This document shows positions 8,298-18,379 of a stretch of DNA of 64,000 nt, piece by piece. The notes below the pieces were generated by a model. The model searched no databases. It was not told the DNA's origin and saw only the letters and a list, made by a program, of their open reading frames with translations. Made by a program: the position numbers and the translations under genes. Position 1 is the stretch's first letter; the number at the start of each line of letters is the position of its first letter. The DNA is from Bacillota bacterium (GTDB taxonomy: Bacteria; Bacillota_I; Bacilli_A; RF39; UBA660), in NCBI GenBank assembly GCA_015059485.1, contig SVAH01000001.1, positions 66,724-130,723 of the forward strand, in the 5' to 3' direction.

Positions 8298-8880
8298 GAG
8301 CTGGTTAATTATAATCGGCTCTTTAATCTTTCTTAGTGGTGTTGGATTAATAACATATGATTATTTATCTAATAGCAAGGTAGATAAAAAAGAAACTGAA
8401 TTGTTAGAAGAATTCTATGAAATAGAAGAGGAAATTGAATCTATAGAAGAACCTCAAGTAGTAGAAGAAGTAAAAGAACAAATTAAAGTTAATTATATTG
8501 CTGTACTTAAAATTCCTAAAATTGGTTTAGAAAGAGGTTTAGTAGATCCAAATAATTATCTTAATAATGTTAATTATAATTTAGAATGGTTAGATGGCTC
8601 ATCTATGCCAGATGAAATAAATGGTAATGTAATAATTGCTGGTCACTCTGGTAGTGCAAGAATATCTTATTTTAGAAAATTGGATAGATTAGAAATAGGT
8701 GATGAAGCTTCTATCATCTATAATGGTAAAACCTATAATTATAAAGTAGTAGATATTTATGATGTTGAAAAAACTGGTAAAGCAGAAATAGTTAAAGAAA
8801 AAAATACTACAACTTTAACATTAATTACATGTAGGCATAATACTAATAGACAGATAGTTGTCATATTTAAACAATTCTAA
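8269..8880 (+). CDS. Sortase
   Basis: N-terminal TM, IIAGHS, TLITC..R catalytic motifs. Confidence 0.9.
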   Translation: MESKIKRKNKSWLIIIGSLIFLSGVGLITYDYLSNSKVDKKETELLEEFYEIEEEIESIEEPQVVEEVKEQIKVNYIAVLKIPKIGLERGLVDPNNYLNNVNYNLEWLDGSSMPDEINGNVIIAGHSGSARISYFRKLDRLEIGDEASIIYNGKTYNYKVVDIYDVEKTGKAEIVKEKNTTTLTLITCRHNTNRQIVVIFKQF

Positions 8881-8936
8881 TTTTGCACAATATTTATTTA
8901 TTTTTATAATGTTATAATCTTTAATGAGGTGGTTTT

Positions 8937-9398
8937 ATGCAACGATTCTTTGATTATTCAAAAGGTAAAGTAGATAAAAAGAATAAAGATAGAATTGTCT
9001 TTATAAATAGAATGGCTATGCTTATGCAAGAATTCGAAAGTTCTAGTCCTGAAATAAATGAATTAGTTAATTGGTTATTTTGTAAATCTGAAGGAGTTCC
9101 TTATCTTGATTCTGATATGCAATGTGTATGTAATATAAAATTAGAACCACTTAAATGGCTAGATAAAAAAAGAGTAATTAAAGAGGTATGGGAAAATGAT
9201 GTTCATTTATATTCTTATGCATTGATGTTGCATGATTTAAACTATTGGACAAATAATGATGTTCTAAACGAAATTATTACAGAAATGTATTTTAGATTAG
9301 ATTATTTAATACATCCTTATGAAGAAGAACAACACGATAGAGATTTAGAAGATATAAGATATTTTATAGAATTTGATTATGTAGATGAGGAGCAATAG
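8937..9398 (+). CDS. Hypothetical protein
   Basis: ORF with GAGGTGG RBS. Confidence 0.7.
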   Translation: MQRFFDYSKGKVDKKNKDRIVFINRMAMLMQEFESSSPEINELVNWLFCKSEGVPYLDSDMQCVCNIKLEPLKWLDKKRVIKEVWENDVHLYSYALMLHDLNYWTNNDVLNEIITEMYFRLDYLIHPYEEEQHDRDLEDIRYFIEFDYVDEEQ

Positions 9399-9426
9399 CT
9401 CTTTTTATTTTGAAAGGTGGTTTATT

Positions 9427-10227
9427 GTGAATGAAAACATAAGAGACTTCGAGATACATGGTATCACAGGATATACTGTAATGAGTAATTATCATTTACG
9501 AGATCCTAATTTATCATTTAAAGCAAAGGGACTTCTTTCTATGATGTTATCAATGCCTAAAGATTGGGATTATTCTATAAGTGGTTTAGAAAAGATATCT
9601 AATGAGGGTAAATATGCAGTTAGATCTACTCTAGAAGAATTAAAAAAGGCAGAATATGTGAATATAAGCCGATTTAGAGATGAAAAAGGATTATTTAGGT
9701 ATAAATATACCGTTTACTATTTACCTTATCCTATGTGGTTAAAAATGCATAATTATCCAGATATCAATTTTCCGTATATGGATAATCCGAATACGGATAA
9801 CTGCACACAAATAAAGAATAATAATAAAAAAGATAAAATAGATAAAACACCAGACGAAATTGGTGAGGAAATTAAACATAATATTTTTACTAAAGAATTA
9901 ATTAAAAGGAACTATATTTCAGAAGATGATAGTAGTTCTTTTTTATTTGATCAATTATTTGAAGAATTATTAAAGCAAGGGAATAACTATAAGGATTTAT
10001 TAATTATGACTAACTATGTTGTATCTAGAATTAAAGAAAGAAATTTTAGAGATGAAAATGGTAATGAAATTAAAAATAAATATGGTTATTTTAAAAATGC
10101 CATAATTGGAAATATCAGAAGATTTGAAAACCTTGAACATTTATATGAAGATGGAGAATTTAATTGGTTAGATGATGATTCAGATTATGATTGGTTAAAT
10201 GATAATGAGGAGGATTATGAATTATGA
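9427..10227 (+). CDS. Phage-replisome-organizer-like replication initiator (N-terminal HTH)
   Basis: GYTVMSNYHLRDPNLSFKAKGLLSMMLS..DWDYS motif; RBS AAAGGTGG suggests GTG start at 9427; internal short repeats 9770-9803. Confidence 0.7.
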   Translation: MNENIRDFEIHGITGYTVMSNYHLRDPNLSFKAKGLLSMMLSMPKDWDYSISGLEKISNEGKYAVRSTLEELKKAEYVNISRFRDEKGLFRYKYTVYYLPYPMWLKMHNYPDINFPYMDNPNTDNCTQIKNNNKKDKIDKTPDEIGEEIKHNIFTKELIKRNYISEDDSSSFLFDQLFEELLKQGNNYKDLLIMTNYVVSRIKERNFRDENGNEIKNKYGYFKNAIIGNIRRFENLEHLYEDGEFNWLDDDSDYDWLNDNEEDYEL

Positions 10228-10445
10228 AAAATATAGAAGAAATTAAACTGATGGAAATTGAAGCTTTAAGTGATTTTGAAGATCATATAGGAATAGTTTT
10301 ATCTGATATGGATATTTTTAGAGAATATCTAGATAAAAAAGAATTAAAAAAATTTAATAAATGTTATGACTATTTAGATAATCTTTGGGAAAAGGTAGAA
10401 AATATCATAGCAAAAATAAGTGATGCTGATGAAAGAGGTAAATAA
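10224..10445 (+). CDS. Hypothetical protein
   Basis: ATGA overlap with the upstream gene. Confidence 0.65.
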   Translation: MKNIEEIKLMEIEALSDFEDHIGIVLSDMDIFREYLDKKELKKFNKCYDYLDNLWEKVENIIAKISDADERGK

Positions 10446-10446
10446 T

Positions 10447-10731
10447 ATGGAAGACAAATTTACTTATGTAGGTAGAATGTATGATTGGTATGAAGTAAAA
10501 GAAGATTATTTAAGAGTTTTATTTCAAGTATATGATAAAGAAACTAAATCATTCTACTTTTATGAGTTACAAGTTTATGAACCTGAATTAATATCTAAGT
10601 TTATAAATTTAAAACCAAAACAAGTAATTGGTGTAGAAGGTCATTTTGAGGAACTTATAAGTCATCCAGATAGAGGACTTTCTCATATTGAATTAGAACA
10701 TGTAGTAGATAAAATCATTACTTCTGAATAG
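10447..10731 (+). CDS. Hypothetical protein (possible OB-fold)
   Basis: RBS AGAGGT before ATG 10447; FTYVGR and VIGVEG resemble SSB-like strands. Confidence 0.6.
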   Translation: MEDKFTYVGRMYDWYEVKEDYLRVLFQVYDKETKSFYFYELQVYEPELISKFINLKPKQVIGVEGHFEELISHPDRGLSHIELEHVVDKIITSE

Positions 10732-10845
10732 AAGTATTTTTTTTTATTGAAAGGTGGTGGTTCTATAGAGTAAAAAAATTCAGGAATAGTCAACTGAATT
10801 AAATAAAATGGCTAAATATTTGATTTATAGAGGGAGGAAATTTAA

Positions 10846-11217
10846 ATGTTGAATCAAATTGTTATTGTTGGAAGACTAACTAGTAATCCAGAAGTTGTAA
10901 AATCTGAAAACGGAGGTAGTGATAGATCACAAATAACTCTAGCTGTACCTAGAAGTTATAAAAATGCCGATGGAGCATATGATACTGATTTTGTTGATTG
11001 TGTTCTTTGGGGTGGTGTTGCTGAAAATACAGCAGAATACTGTAAAAAAGGCGACATAGTAGGAGTTAAAGGTAGAATCCAAACTAACACTTACGAAACT
11101 GAAGAAGGAGAAAAGAAAAAATCAACTCAAATTGTAGCTGAAAAAGTTACTTTTCTTTCATCAAAAAAAGAAAAAGAAGACGACATTGAAAAATCAGACG
11201 ATGAATTAGAGATGTAG
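10846..11217 (+). CDS. ssb: Single-stranded DNA-binding protein
   Basis: MLNQIVIVGRLT, TDFVDCVLW and VGVKGRIQT motifs. Confidence 0.9.
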   Translation: MLNQIVIVGRLTSNPEVVKSENGGSDRSQITLAVPRSYKNADGAYDTDFVDCVLWGGVAENTAEYCKKGDIVGVKGRIQTNTYETEEGEKKKSTQIVAEKVTFLSSKKEKEDDIEKSDDELEM

Positions 11218-11340
11218 TCATGTACGAGAATAAAGCAAAGAAAAAGAGTTAAATCGCCAGCCAGCAAAATAACTCTAGTGATATTATATCACTTCTTTGC
11301 TTTTTCTTTTTTATATTTTTACAAAAGAAAGGAAAAACAT

Positions 11341-11598
11341 ATGAATTTATTTTATGAATTAATCAGCGATGATGCTGGAAGAAAATTAAAAAAAGAAAGA
11401 CAAGCATGGGGAATGTCTAGAAGAAGATTAGCAAAATTAGTAAAGACAGATAAAGAAACAATTGAATATATCGAAAAAGGATATGTTTGTATGTTGGATT
11501 CTGAATTACTTAGAAGAATAAGTGAAACGTTAGATGTAAACATGTTTGATTTCTTTAAAAGAAAATTAACATTTAAAGAAATGTTAGCAATAGTATAA
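11341..11598 (+). CDS. XRE-family HTH protein
   Basis: LKKERQAWGMSRRRLAKLV..TIEYIEKG; RBS AAAGGA before ATG 11341. Confidence 0.8.
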   Translation: MNLFYELISDDAGRKLKKERQAWGMSRRRLAKLVKTDKETIEYIEKGYVCMLDSELLRRISETLDVNMFDFFKRKLTFKEMLAIV

Positions 11599-11610
11599 GG
11601 AGGAATATTT

Positions 11611-11889
11611 ATGGGTAATTATTTACAAATGTTAAAAATCGAACATCTTGAAGGTGGAGGATACAATGTAGATTCAATTATTAAAGCAATTCAAACATTT
11701 TCTACTTGGGCTTTAAGAGTTGGTATTGCAGCTGCAGGTGTTTCACTAATTGTTGGATTTATTTTGTATGCTGTTGTTGATGTAGATAGAAAAGCTCAAG
11801 TTAAACAAAGGATAATTCAAACTATGTTTGGTATAGTAGGAATTATTTTAGCAATATCAATTGTAAATCTAATCATTGATTTATTCTAG
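11611..11889 (+). CDS. VirB2/TrbC-like pilin
   Basis: 92 aa with two hydrophobic helices, first gene of the T4SS block. Confidence 0.6.
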   Translation: MGNYLQMLKIEHLEGGGYNVDSIIKAIQTFSTWALRVGIAAAGVSLIVGFILYAVVDVDRKAQVKQRIIQTMFGIVGIILAISIVNLIIDLF

Positions 11890-11901
11890 GAGGTGATTTG
11901 A

Positions 11902-13314
11902 ATGTTATTAAAAGCATTAGATTTATTAAGAACTCTTGGATGGGCATTAGTACATTTTATTTATAATCTAATTGATTCATTATTTGATATTTTAAAAGGA
12001 TTAAATGCTTTTGATATAATCAATTCTGTTTCTGGAGATAATAACTTTATTACATTCCAAAAAGGTGTAATAGCAATTGCAGTTACACTTTTAGGATTAT
12101 TTGCAATAAGTAGATTTGCTAAAAAGATAATAGATCCTGATGAGGGATTAAGTTCTAGTGGAATAGTAAAGGAAATTATTAAATGTGGTGTGCTTATAAT
12201 TATGAGTACATTTTTATTTGTTCAAGCATCGACTTTTTCAATTAAACTTGCTGGCTTTACTTCTAATATATTCACAAATAATAATTTAACTATTTCAGAT
12301 TCAATGCTTACAATGTTTATTGATTATTCTGAAGGTTATAAAGAATGTGATGACTTTAAAGGTGAAGATATTGCAAAGAATGTTTCAAATGGAAACTTCA
12401 ATGCGAAAGAAATGTATAACGATAAATATGTGACTTCTAAGAGATTTATCTTACCAGATAAAAAAGATTATAAGTATAAGATTAATTGGATAATGGCTGT
12501 AATAGTTGGAGGATTTTTCTTATATTCATTATTCTTCTGTGGAATGATGTTAGCAAGAAGACAAATAGAATTTTTATTCTTATTTGTAATTAGTCCAATT
12601 ATATTTGCTACTTCAATTGGAAATAAAGAAAGAAGAAGTGCTGTAGTACAACAACTTGTTTCATTAATGTTACAAGGTGCAGTCATAATGTTAATTATTT
12701 CTTTAACAGCTATTGTAATGGGTCAAATAAATAGTACAACTTTCTTCAATAATACTTTTAAAGATATTGTAATTAAATCAATTATGTATATTGGTTGTGG
12801 TTCATTCTTATTAACTGGTTCTCAAGTAGTCAATAAGTTTATTGGTGGAAATGTATCAGCTAATAGTGGTAGAGAACAATTAATGGCTATGATGGGATTT
12901 GGTCAAGCAATGGGAGGAATAGCTTCAACAGCTGGACTTGGAGTTGCAGGAGCAGGTCTTATGGGAGCTGGAGCTTTAGCAAAAGGTGGAGATGTAGTTG
13001 GATCTAAAGTTGGTAAAGCTGGAAATTCTGCTTTAGGAAAAGTAGGACAAGCAGTATCTAACTTTGGTTCTAAGATGGGAGGTAAAGATTATACCTCAGG
13101 AGGTATTGGAAGTAATCTTAAAATGATGGGGGATTATTTACAAGCATCTTCAATGTCTAAGAGTGGAAATGCAGGAAATCAAAGATCTAGTAGATTATCT
13201 AGATTTGGATCTGGAATGATGAATGCTGGAAAAGAATCAATGGCTCAAGCTATGTCTAATGTAATGCCATCAAGAAGTATGTATAGAAGAAGATACAGAG
13301 GGAGAGATGATTAA
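11902..13314 (+). CDS. VirB6-like polytopic conjugation membrane protein
   Basis: Multiple TM segments, RQIEFLFLFVISP motif, Gly-rich C-terminus. Confidence 0.7.
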   Translation: MLLKALDLLRTLGWALVHFIYNLIDSLFDILKGLNAFDIINSVSGDNNFITFQKGVIAIAVTLLGLFAISRFAKKIIDPDEGLSSSGIVKEIIKCGVLIIMSTFLFVQASTFSIKLAGFTSNIFTNNNLTISDSMLTMFIDYSEGYKECDDFKGEDIAKNVSNGNFNAKEMYNDKYVTSKRFILPDKKDYKYKINWIMAVIVGGFFLYSLFFCGMMLARRQIEFLFLFVISPIIFATSIGNKERRSAVVQQLVSLMLQGAVIMLIISLTAIVMGQINSTTFFNNTFKDIVIKSIMYIGCGSFLLTGSQVVNKFIGGNVSANSGREQLMAMMGFGQAMGGIASTAGLGVAGAGLMGAGALAKGGDVVGSKVGKAGNSALGKVGQAVSNFGSKMGGKDYTSGGIGSNLKMMGDYLQASSMSKSGNAGNQRSSRLSRFGSGMMNAGKESMAQAMSNVMPSRSMYRRRYRGRDD

Positions 13315-13625
13315 TGTATATAACAGTACCAAGTATTAAAAAGACTCTAGGAAAATATATAGAGATGAAAGATTTATACATAGGTCTTCCTATGCTATTT
13401 TCATTTTTACTATTATTTTCATTCTCGAGTCATAAATTATTTTCATTATTGTATTTAACAATTTGTGTTTTTCTTATGTTACCAGTTAAGGTGTCAAAGA
13501 AGAATAGAATGTATAAAGTTGTAGCTCTTTTCTTTAGATATATAACTAGATGTAAAGAGTTTGCTTATAAAAGAAATGGAGATGAGGTAGATTGGAAAGA
13601 AAAACTAAAGATGAAAAAAATCTAA
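13314..13625 (+). CDS. VirB3/PrgI-like small membrane protein
   Basis: Two TM helices immediately upstream of virB4. Confidence 0.55.
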   Translation: MYITVPSIKKTLGKYIEMKDLYIGLPMLFSFLLLFSFSSHKLFSLLYLTICVFLMLPVKVSKKNRMYKVVALFFRYITRCKEFAYKRNGDEVDWKEKLKMKKI

Positions 13626-16054
13626 AAAAAGCAAAAAAGATTGATTCCAAGACAAATAGAAAATATTCATCTAAAGGTCAAATGAAAAGAAGAATTAAAA
13701 ATTCTAAAACAGTTACCAATGTTAAAGAAATTGGTGATGATGGATTAATCTATTTAAAGTCTGGAGAAGTTGCTACATTAATTGAAGTCAAAGCTATCGA
13801 TTTGTCTCTAACAAGTAATCATGAAAAGAATCTTTTCTTTTCTATGCTAAAAGCATTATATCAGGTACCTAATTTGAATTTAAAATGTTATAAGTTGAAT
13901 GAAAAATTAAACTTAAATGCTAATAAAGTTAGTTTAGATAATAAGATAGAAAAATTTCAAGATGATGAAGGTAAGAAATTATTATTAGAGGAATCAAGAA
14001 ATTTAATTGATGATCTAGAAGAGAAAAACTTTACTGTATCAAGTAAATACTTTTGGGTATTAATAGCTAAAGATACAGCAGTATTAAATAAACAGTTAGA
14101 TGAAATAGAAGATATAACTTTAAATATAGTTCCAAGAATTTATATTGAAAGTGTAACTAATAAACTAGAAATATATAAATTTTTATCTAATTTATATTTA
14201 ACATCTAATTCACTAGATGAATTAGTATGGAGTGATTTACCAAGTTTGGTGAGTCCAATGAATATGTCTGAAAGAACAGATAGAATGAAATTTGATGATA
14301 AGGAATTTCAAATTTTAACTGTAAAAAATGTTCCACCATTTGTTAGCGAATTATTTTTTGAAGATATATTCAATTATCCAGATGTTAGAGCTTCAATAGG
14401 AATACAAGAATGTATCACTCAAGAAGAATTAATAAGATGGGTAAATTCACAATATCAGTTCTTATTAACTGATAGAAATACTACTAAAAAATTAAGCGAT
14501 GCTACAGAGTTAGATACTCAAAAAGAAAACTTTCAAGCTTTAATGCAAGATATTAAAAATGGTGATGAAAAGATAAAAGAAGTGTCACTTATTTTAATAG
14601 TAGAGGGAGATAAAAAACATAGAGAAGAAGTAATAAGAGATTTAAAAAGAATAGCTGATTCATATCAAATTAAATTAGATGTTCCTAGATTAAGACAAAT
14701 GGAAGCATGGCAAAGTTATGATTTATCAACTAAGACTTTTGAAGATTATTGCTTTTATCTACCAACACTAACATTAAGTGCTGGATTCCCATTTACTAAA
14801 ACTTATTTTAATGATTCAAATGGTTATATGTTTGGTGTAGATATTCATACATCTTTACCAATATTCTTTGATCCATTTGTTTTAAATAATTCTAGAACTT
14901 CTCATAACATGGCAATTATATCTTCAACAGGTGGAGGTAAATCTTATACTATGAAAAAGATGATTGTTAATGAATATGGTAGAGGAACTAAAATATTTAT
15001 ATTTGATGCTGAAAATGAATACAAAAGAATCGTTGAAGCTAATAAAGGAGAATATATAGATCTTTATTCAAAAACTGGTGGAATTATAAATCCATTACAA
15101 ATAAGATTTATTCCATCAGATGATGAAAATCATGATACTAAAGAAACAGATTGTCCACTAGCTAAACACTTAGGATTCTTAGAAGCATTCTTTAAAACAG
15201 CATTTGAAAGTATAACAGAAAAGGAACTTGTAATGTTACTTGCTATAGTTGAAAAACTATATAACAAAAAAGGTATATTTAAGAATACATCTATAAATAC
15301 ACTTCAAAATATGCAACCTGAAGAATTTCCTATATTCTCTGAATTATATGAATTCTTACCAGAATATAAGAAAGATGTAGATAGTAAAGAAAAAGAAAAG
15401 ATAATTGAACAATTAGATATTCTTTTATCCAGATTCTTAACTGGAACAGATTCATATTTATTTGATGGACATACTAATATAGATTTATCCAATGATTTAA
15501 TTGCATTTAACTTACAAGAACTTTTATATAGTGGTAATCAAAGATTAATTAATACTCAAACATTAAATCTATTAACTTATTTAAATAATAGTATTGTTGC
15601 TAATAAAATTAATAACGATAAAGTTAAATTAGACGATAGGAAGCATGTAATGATTATAGCTGATGAATTTCACTTATTCATTGATGAAAACAATTTTGAA
15701 GTATTAAGAAACTTTGGACAACTAGCTAGAAGAATTAGAAAGTATTCTGGTTCACTTGTAGTTGCGACTCAATCAGTTAAGGACTTTGTAGGTAGTCAAT
15801 CAATATTAAGACATTCAACAGCTATATTTAATAACTGTCAATATCAGATGATAGGAATGCTTAAGGAAGATGATTTACTTGCATATCTAGAATTATTTAA
15901 ACAAAATCCTTTAACAGATACTCAAAAGAATTTCTTAATGAGTGCAAGAAGAGGAGAATTCTTACTTAATATAGATTCTAAAAATAGATTAAGAATTTGG
16001 ATTAGAGCAACTGAACTTGAAAGAGAAATGATGGGAGAGGGTGATTCAAAATGA
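13592..16054 (+). CDS. virB4: VirB4-family T4SS ATPase
   Basis: Walker A STGGGKS, INPL, IIADEFH, ARRIRKY and ATQ motifs. Confidence 0.9.
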   Translation: MERKTKDEKNLKKAKKIDSKTNRKYSSKGQMKRRIKNSKTVTNVKEIGDDGLIYLKSGEVATLIEVKAIDLSLTSNHEKNLFFSMLKALYQVPNLNLKCYKLNEKLNLNANKVSLDNKIEKFQDDEGKKLLLEESRNLIDDLEEKNFTVSSKYFWVLIAKDTAVLNKQLDEIEDITLNIVPRIYIESVTNKLEIYKFLSNLYLTSNSLDELVWSDLPSLVSPMNMSERTDRMKFDDKEFQILTVKNVPPFVSELFFEDIFNYPDVRASIGIQECITQEELIRWVNSQYQFLLTDRNTTKKLSDATELDTQKENFQALMQDIKNGDEKIKEVSLILIVEGDKKHREEVIRDLKRIADSYQIKLDVPRLRQMEAWQSYDLSTKTFEDYCFYLPTLTLSAGFPFTKTYFNDSNGYMFGVDIHTSLPIFFDPFVLNNSRTSHNMAIISSTGGGKSYTMKKMIVNEYGRGTKIFIFDAENEYKRIVEANKGEYIDLYSKTGGIINPLQIRFIPSDDENHDTKETDCPLAKHLGFLEAFFKTAFESITEKELVMLLAIVEKLYNKKGIFKNTSINTLQNMQPEEFPIFSELYEFLPEYKKDVDSKEKEKIIEQLDILLSRFLTGTDSYLFDGHTNIDLSNDLIAFNLQELLYSGNQRLINTQTLNLLTYLNNSIVANKINNDKVKLDDRKHVMIIADEFHLFIDENNFEVLRNFGQLARRIRKYSGSLVVATQSVKDFVGSQSILRHSTAIFNNCQYQMIGMLKEDDLLAYLELFKQNPLTDTQKNFLMSARRGEFLLNIDSKNRLRIWIRATELEREMMGEGDSK

Positions 16055-16335
16055 TAGAAGAATTATCCACTAAAGTAACCGATTTTTACTATGACTATGA
16101 TCCATATGAATTTAAGGATAATTATGAAAACTATAATGAAGGTTTAGAGGCAACACAAGAAGTGTTGTCTTCTAAATCTGAAACAAAAAAACTTATATCT
16201 GATTTAGAACAAATTAATGATGATTTGTATGGAGATAACGATCCAATAATAAAAGAGTTTTATGATAGAAGTTATAGTTTGATAAATGATTTAAATGAAT
16301 ATCAAAAAACATTAAAAGAAGATTATGAATTATGA
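16051..16335 (+). CDS. Hypothetical acidic protein
   Basis: Translationally coupled ORF. Confidence 0.65.
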   Translation: MIEELSTKVTDFYYDYDPYEFKDNYENYNEGLEATQEVLSSKSETKKLISDLEQINDDLYGDNDPIIKEFYDRSYSLINDLNEYQKTLKEDYEL

Positions 16336-17258
16336 AGAAAAAAATATTAAAAATAGTATTGGGCAGTAGTACAGGAATAATTGTACTTGCTTTAGTAATA
16401 TTAATTCCAGTATTAATGGTATTAGACTTTTTTGGAGCTAATATAACTGACAACTATGTAGAGAATAACATGGATTATGCTGATAGATATAAAGAGGCAG
16501 TTAATATAGCAATGAAAAATAAGAAAGGTTATGTACCTTTAACAAGAATTCTTTACTTCTTTTTGGAAGATGAGAATCAATCATTTTATCAAATTTATGT
16601 AGATAATTTAGATAAAGAAACAAATAGATTATTGCCAATTAGTGAAGTATGTGAACTTCAAAAATATAAGAATTTTGATGGGTGTAAAGATTATGAATCT
16701 GGAGACCAAATTGATGAGGAACAAAATAAACCGTTCTCACCACCAATTGATTTTTCAAAAGTAACTGTTACATCTTTTTTTATGGAAGAAAGAATAGTTT
16801 TTGGAAAATCTGATGTACATGGTGGATGGGATTTAGCATGTGGTAATAAAACTCCAGTTAAAGCTGTATGTGATGGTAAAGTAACAAAAGTTAGTTTTCC
16901 TTATAAAGAAAATGTAACTAATACAAGTGGAGGTGGAGGTAATCAAATTTACCTTGAATGTGAAGTAGATGAAGATGTAACTTACACAGTTATATATGCT
17001 CACCTTTATCCAGATACAGCAAAAGTTAAAACTGGAGATACTGTTAAAGCAGGAGATGAACTTGCTGGAGTTGGAACTACAGGGTATTCAACTGGACCAC
17101 ATTTACATTATCAAGTTGAACTAAATGGAAATAAAGTTGATGGTATGAGTTTAATAGATTTTGCTGATAATACACCAAACTTTAATCAATATCCAGATTT
17201 AACACCTGACCATAATTATAATTTTAATAATAATTATGATAATCAATTCAGACCATAG
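16332..17258 (+). CDS. M23 peptidase (conjugation cell-wall hydrolase)
   Basis: HGGWD, YAHL and STGPHLH motifs; N-terminal TM. Confidence 0.9.
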   Translation: MKKKILKIVLGSSTGIIVLALVILIPVLMVLDFFGANITDNYVENNMDYADRYKEAVNIAMKNKKGYVPLTRILYFFLEDENQSFYQIYVDNLDKETNRLLPISEVCELQKYKNFDGCKDYESGDQIDEEQNKPFSPPIDFSKVTVTSFFMEERIVFGKSDVHGGWDLACGNKTPVKAVCDGKVTKVSFPYKENVTNTSGGGGNQIYLECEVDEDVTYTVIYAHLYPDTAKVKTGDTVKAGDELAGVGTTGYSTGPHLHYQVELNGNKVDGMSLIDFADNTPNFNQYPDLTPDHNYNFNNNYDNQFRP

Positions 17259-17494
17259 TTAAGACCATAAAATATAGTTATAAAATAAGGAATTATTTAA
17301 TCCTTAAGACCATAAATATGGTTGAATTTTGCAAGTGCAAAATAAGTTTGATATCACACAATTTCTAGATTTTATCTAGGAATAAATAGTGTTGTGATAT
17401 CAATCTCTTATGCTCTTAAATTATTTGCCAAAATAATTATATATTTTATGGTCTGAATTGAACCATAGTATGTACATATAAGGAGGGATAAGTT
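17259..17494. other. Putative oriT
   Basis: Intergenic region upstream of RHH and relaxase genes; GACCATA repeats; IR AGACCATAAAATAT (17262-17275 / 17441-17454); IR TTGATATCACA (17348-17358 / 17393-17403). Confidence 0.55.
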
Positions 17495-17677
17495 ATGCAT
17501 GAATATCCGTTAAGAATTTCAGAAGTATTATGGAAAAGGATAGAAATAGAAGCAGAAGCTAGAGGTCTTTTAATTAGTGATATGTTAAGAGAGATAATTG
17601 AAAAAGGTTTATTAAAAATTTATGAAGAGGAGGCAAAGTATGGAAAAATTAAATTTGAACAAACTGATAGCGAATGA
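17495..17677 (+). CDS. Ribbon-helix-helix protein (relaxosome accessory)
   Basis: YPLRISEVLWKRIEIEAEARGLLISDMLREIIE RHH pattern. Confidence 0.65.
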   Translation: MHEYPLRISEVLWKRIEIEAEARGLLISDMLREIIEKGLLKIYEEEAKYGKIKFEQTDSE

Positions 17678-18062
17678 CATAGTTAACTATGGAATGGATA
17701 AGACTACCAGTTTTAATTACATTGTTAGTTTAAATGATTTTTTAGATGATTATGATGAAGAATCTATAATATATATTAAATCTCATATTAATGACATAAT
17801 TGATGCTGTACATCAAAATGAGAATGTTGCTCAGTTAGATTATGATGAAGCTAGACAAGAATTCAATATGGTTTTTTATTTTGATGGATTATTTAGTAAG
17901 TTAGATAAAAAAATCTACAATTTATCTCAAGAGATGGGAATAGATTTTGAACCTGAAGAAGTATGGGAGATATCTTATGATATAGAAAATTCTGAAGAAT
18001 ATAATGATTTAATCACAAGTGCAATTAAAGAAAATTCTAAAACTAAAGGAAGGGAGATTTAA
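17640..18062 (+). CDS. Hypothetical protein
   Basis: RBS GAGGAGG before ATG 17640. Confidence 0.65.
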   Translation: MEKLNLNKLIANDIVNYGMDKTTSFNYIVSLNDFLDDYDEESIIYIKSHINDIIDAVHQNENVAQLDYDEARQEFNMVFYFDGLFSKLDKKIYNLSQEMGIDFEPEEVWEISYDIENSEEYNDLITSAIKENSKTKGREI

Positions 18063-18064
18063 TT

Positions 18065-18379
18065 ATGGCTGATCCACATATATATTTAACTCAAGATATT
18101 AAAGATAGAGTTAAAGAATATGCAAATAATAATGGATTAAATTTTTCTCAATCAATTAGAACATTAATAGAAATTGGATTGAATTCAAGTGAAGAAAATA
18201 TACTATTAAAACAGAATAGTGTTTTATTAGAAAAGATATTTTCTAGACAGTTATATTTAAGAGATTTAATAGAACAGTTCTATTCTGATATGGAAATAGA
18301 AAAATTAAGTAATCCTAGAAATAATAAAGCATTACAGAAGTTTAAAACTAATAAGGATAAATTAAAATACGATGAGTAG
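18065..18379 (+). CDS. RHH-type relaxosome accessory protein
   Basis: HIYLTQDIKDRVKEYANNNGLNFSQSIRTLIE; directly upstream of the relaxase. Confidence 0.6.
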   Translation: MADPHIYLTQDIKDRVKEYANNNGLNFSQSIRTLIEIGLNSSEENILLKQNSVLLEKIFSRQLYLRDLIEQFYSDMEIEKLSNPRNNKALQKFKTNKDKLKYDE

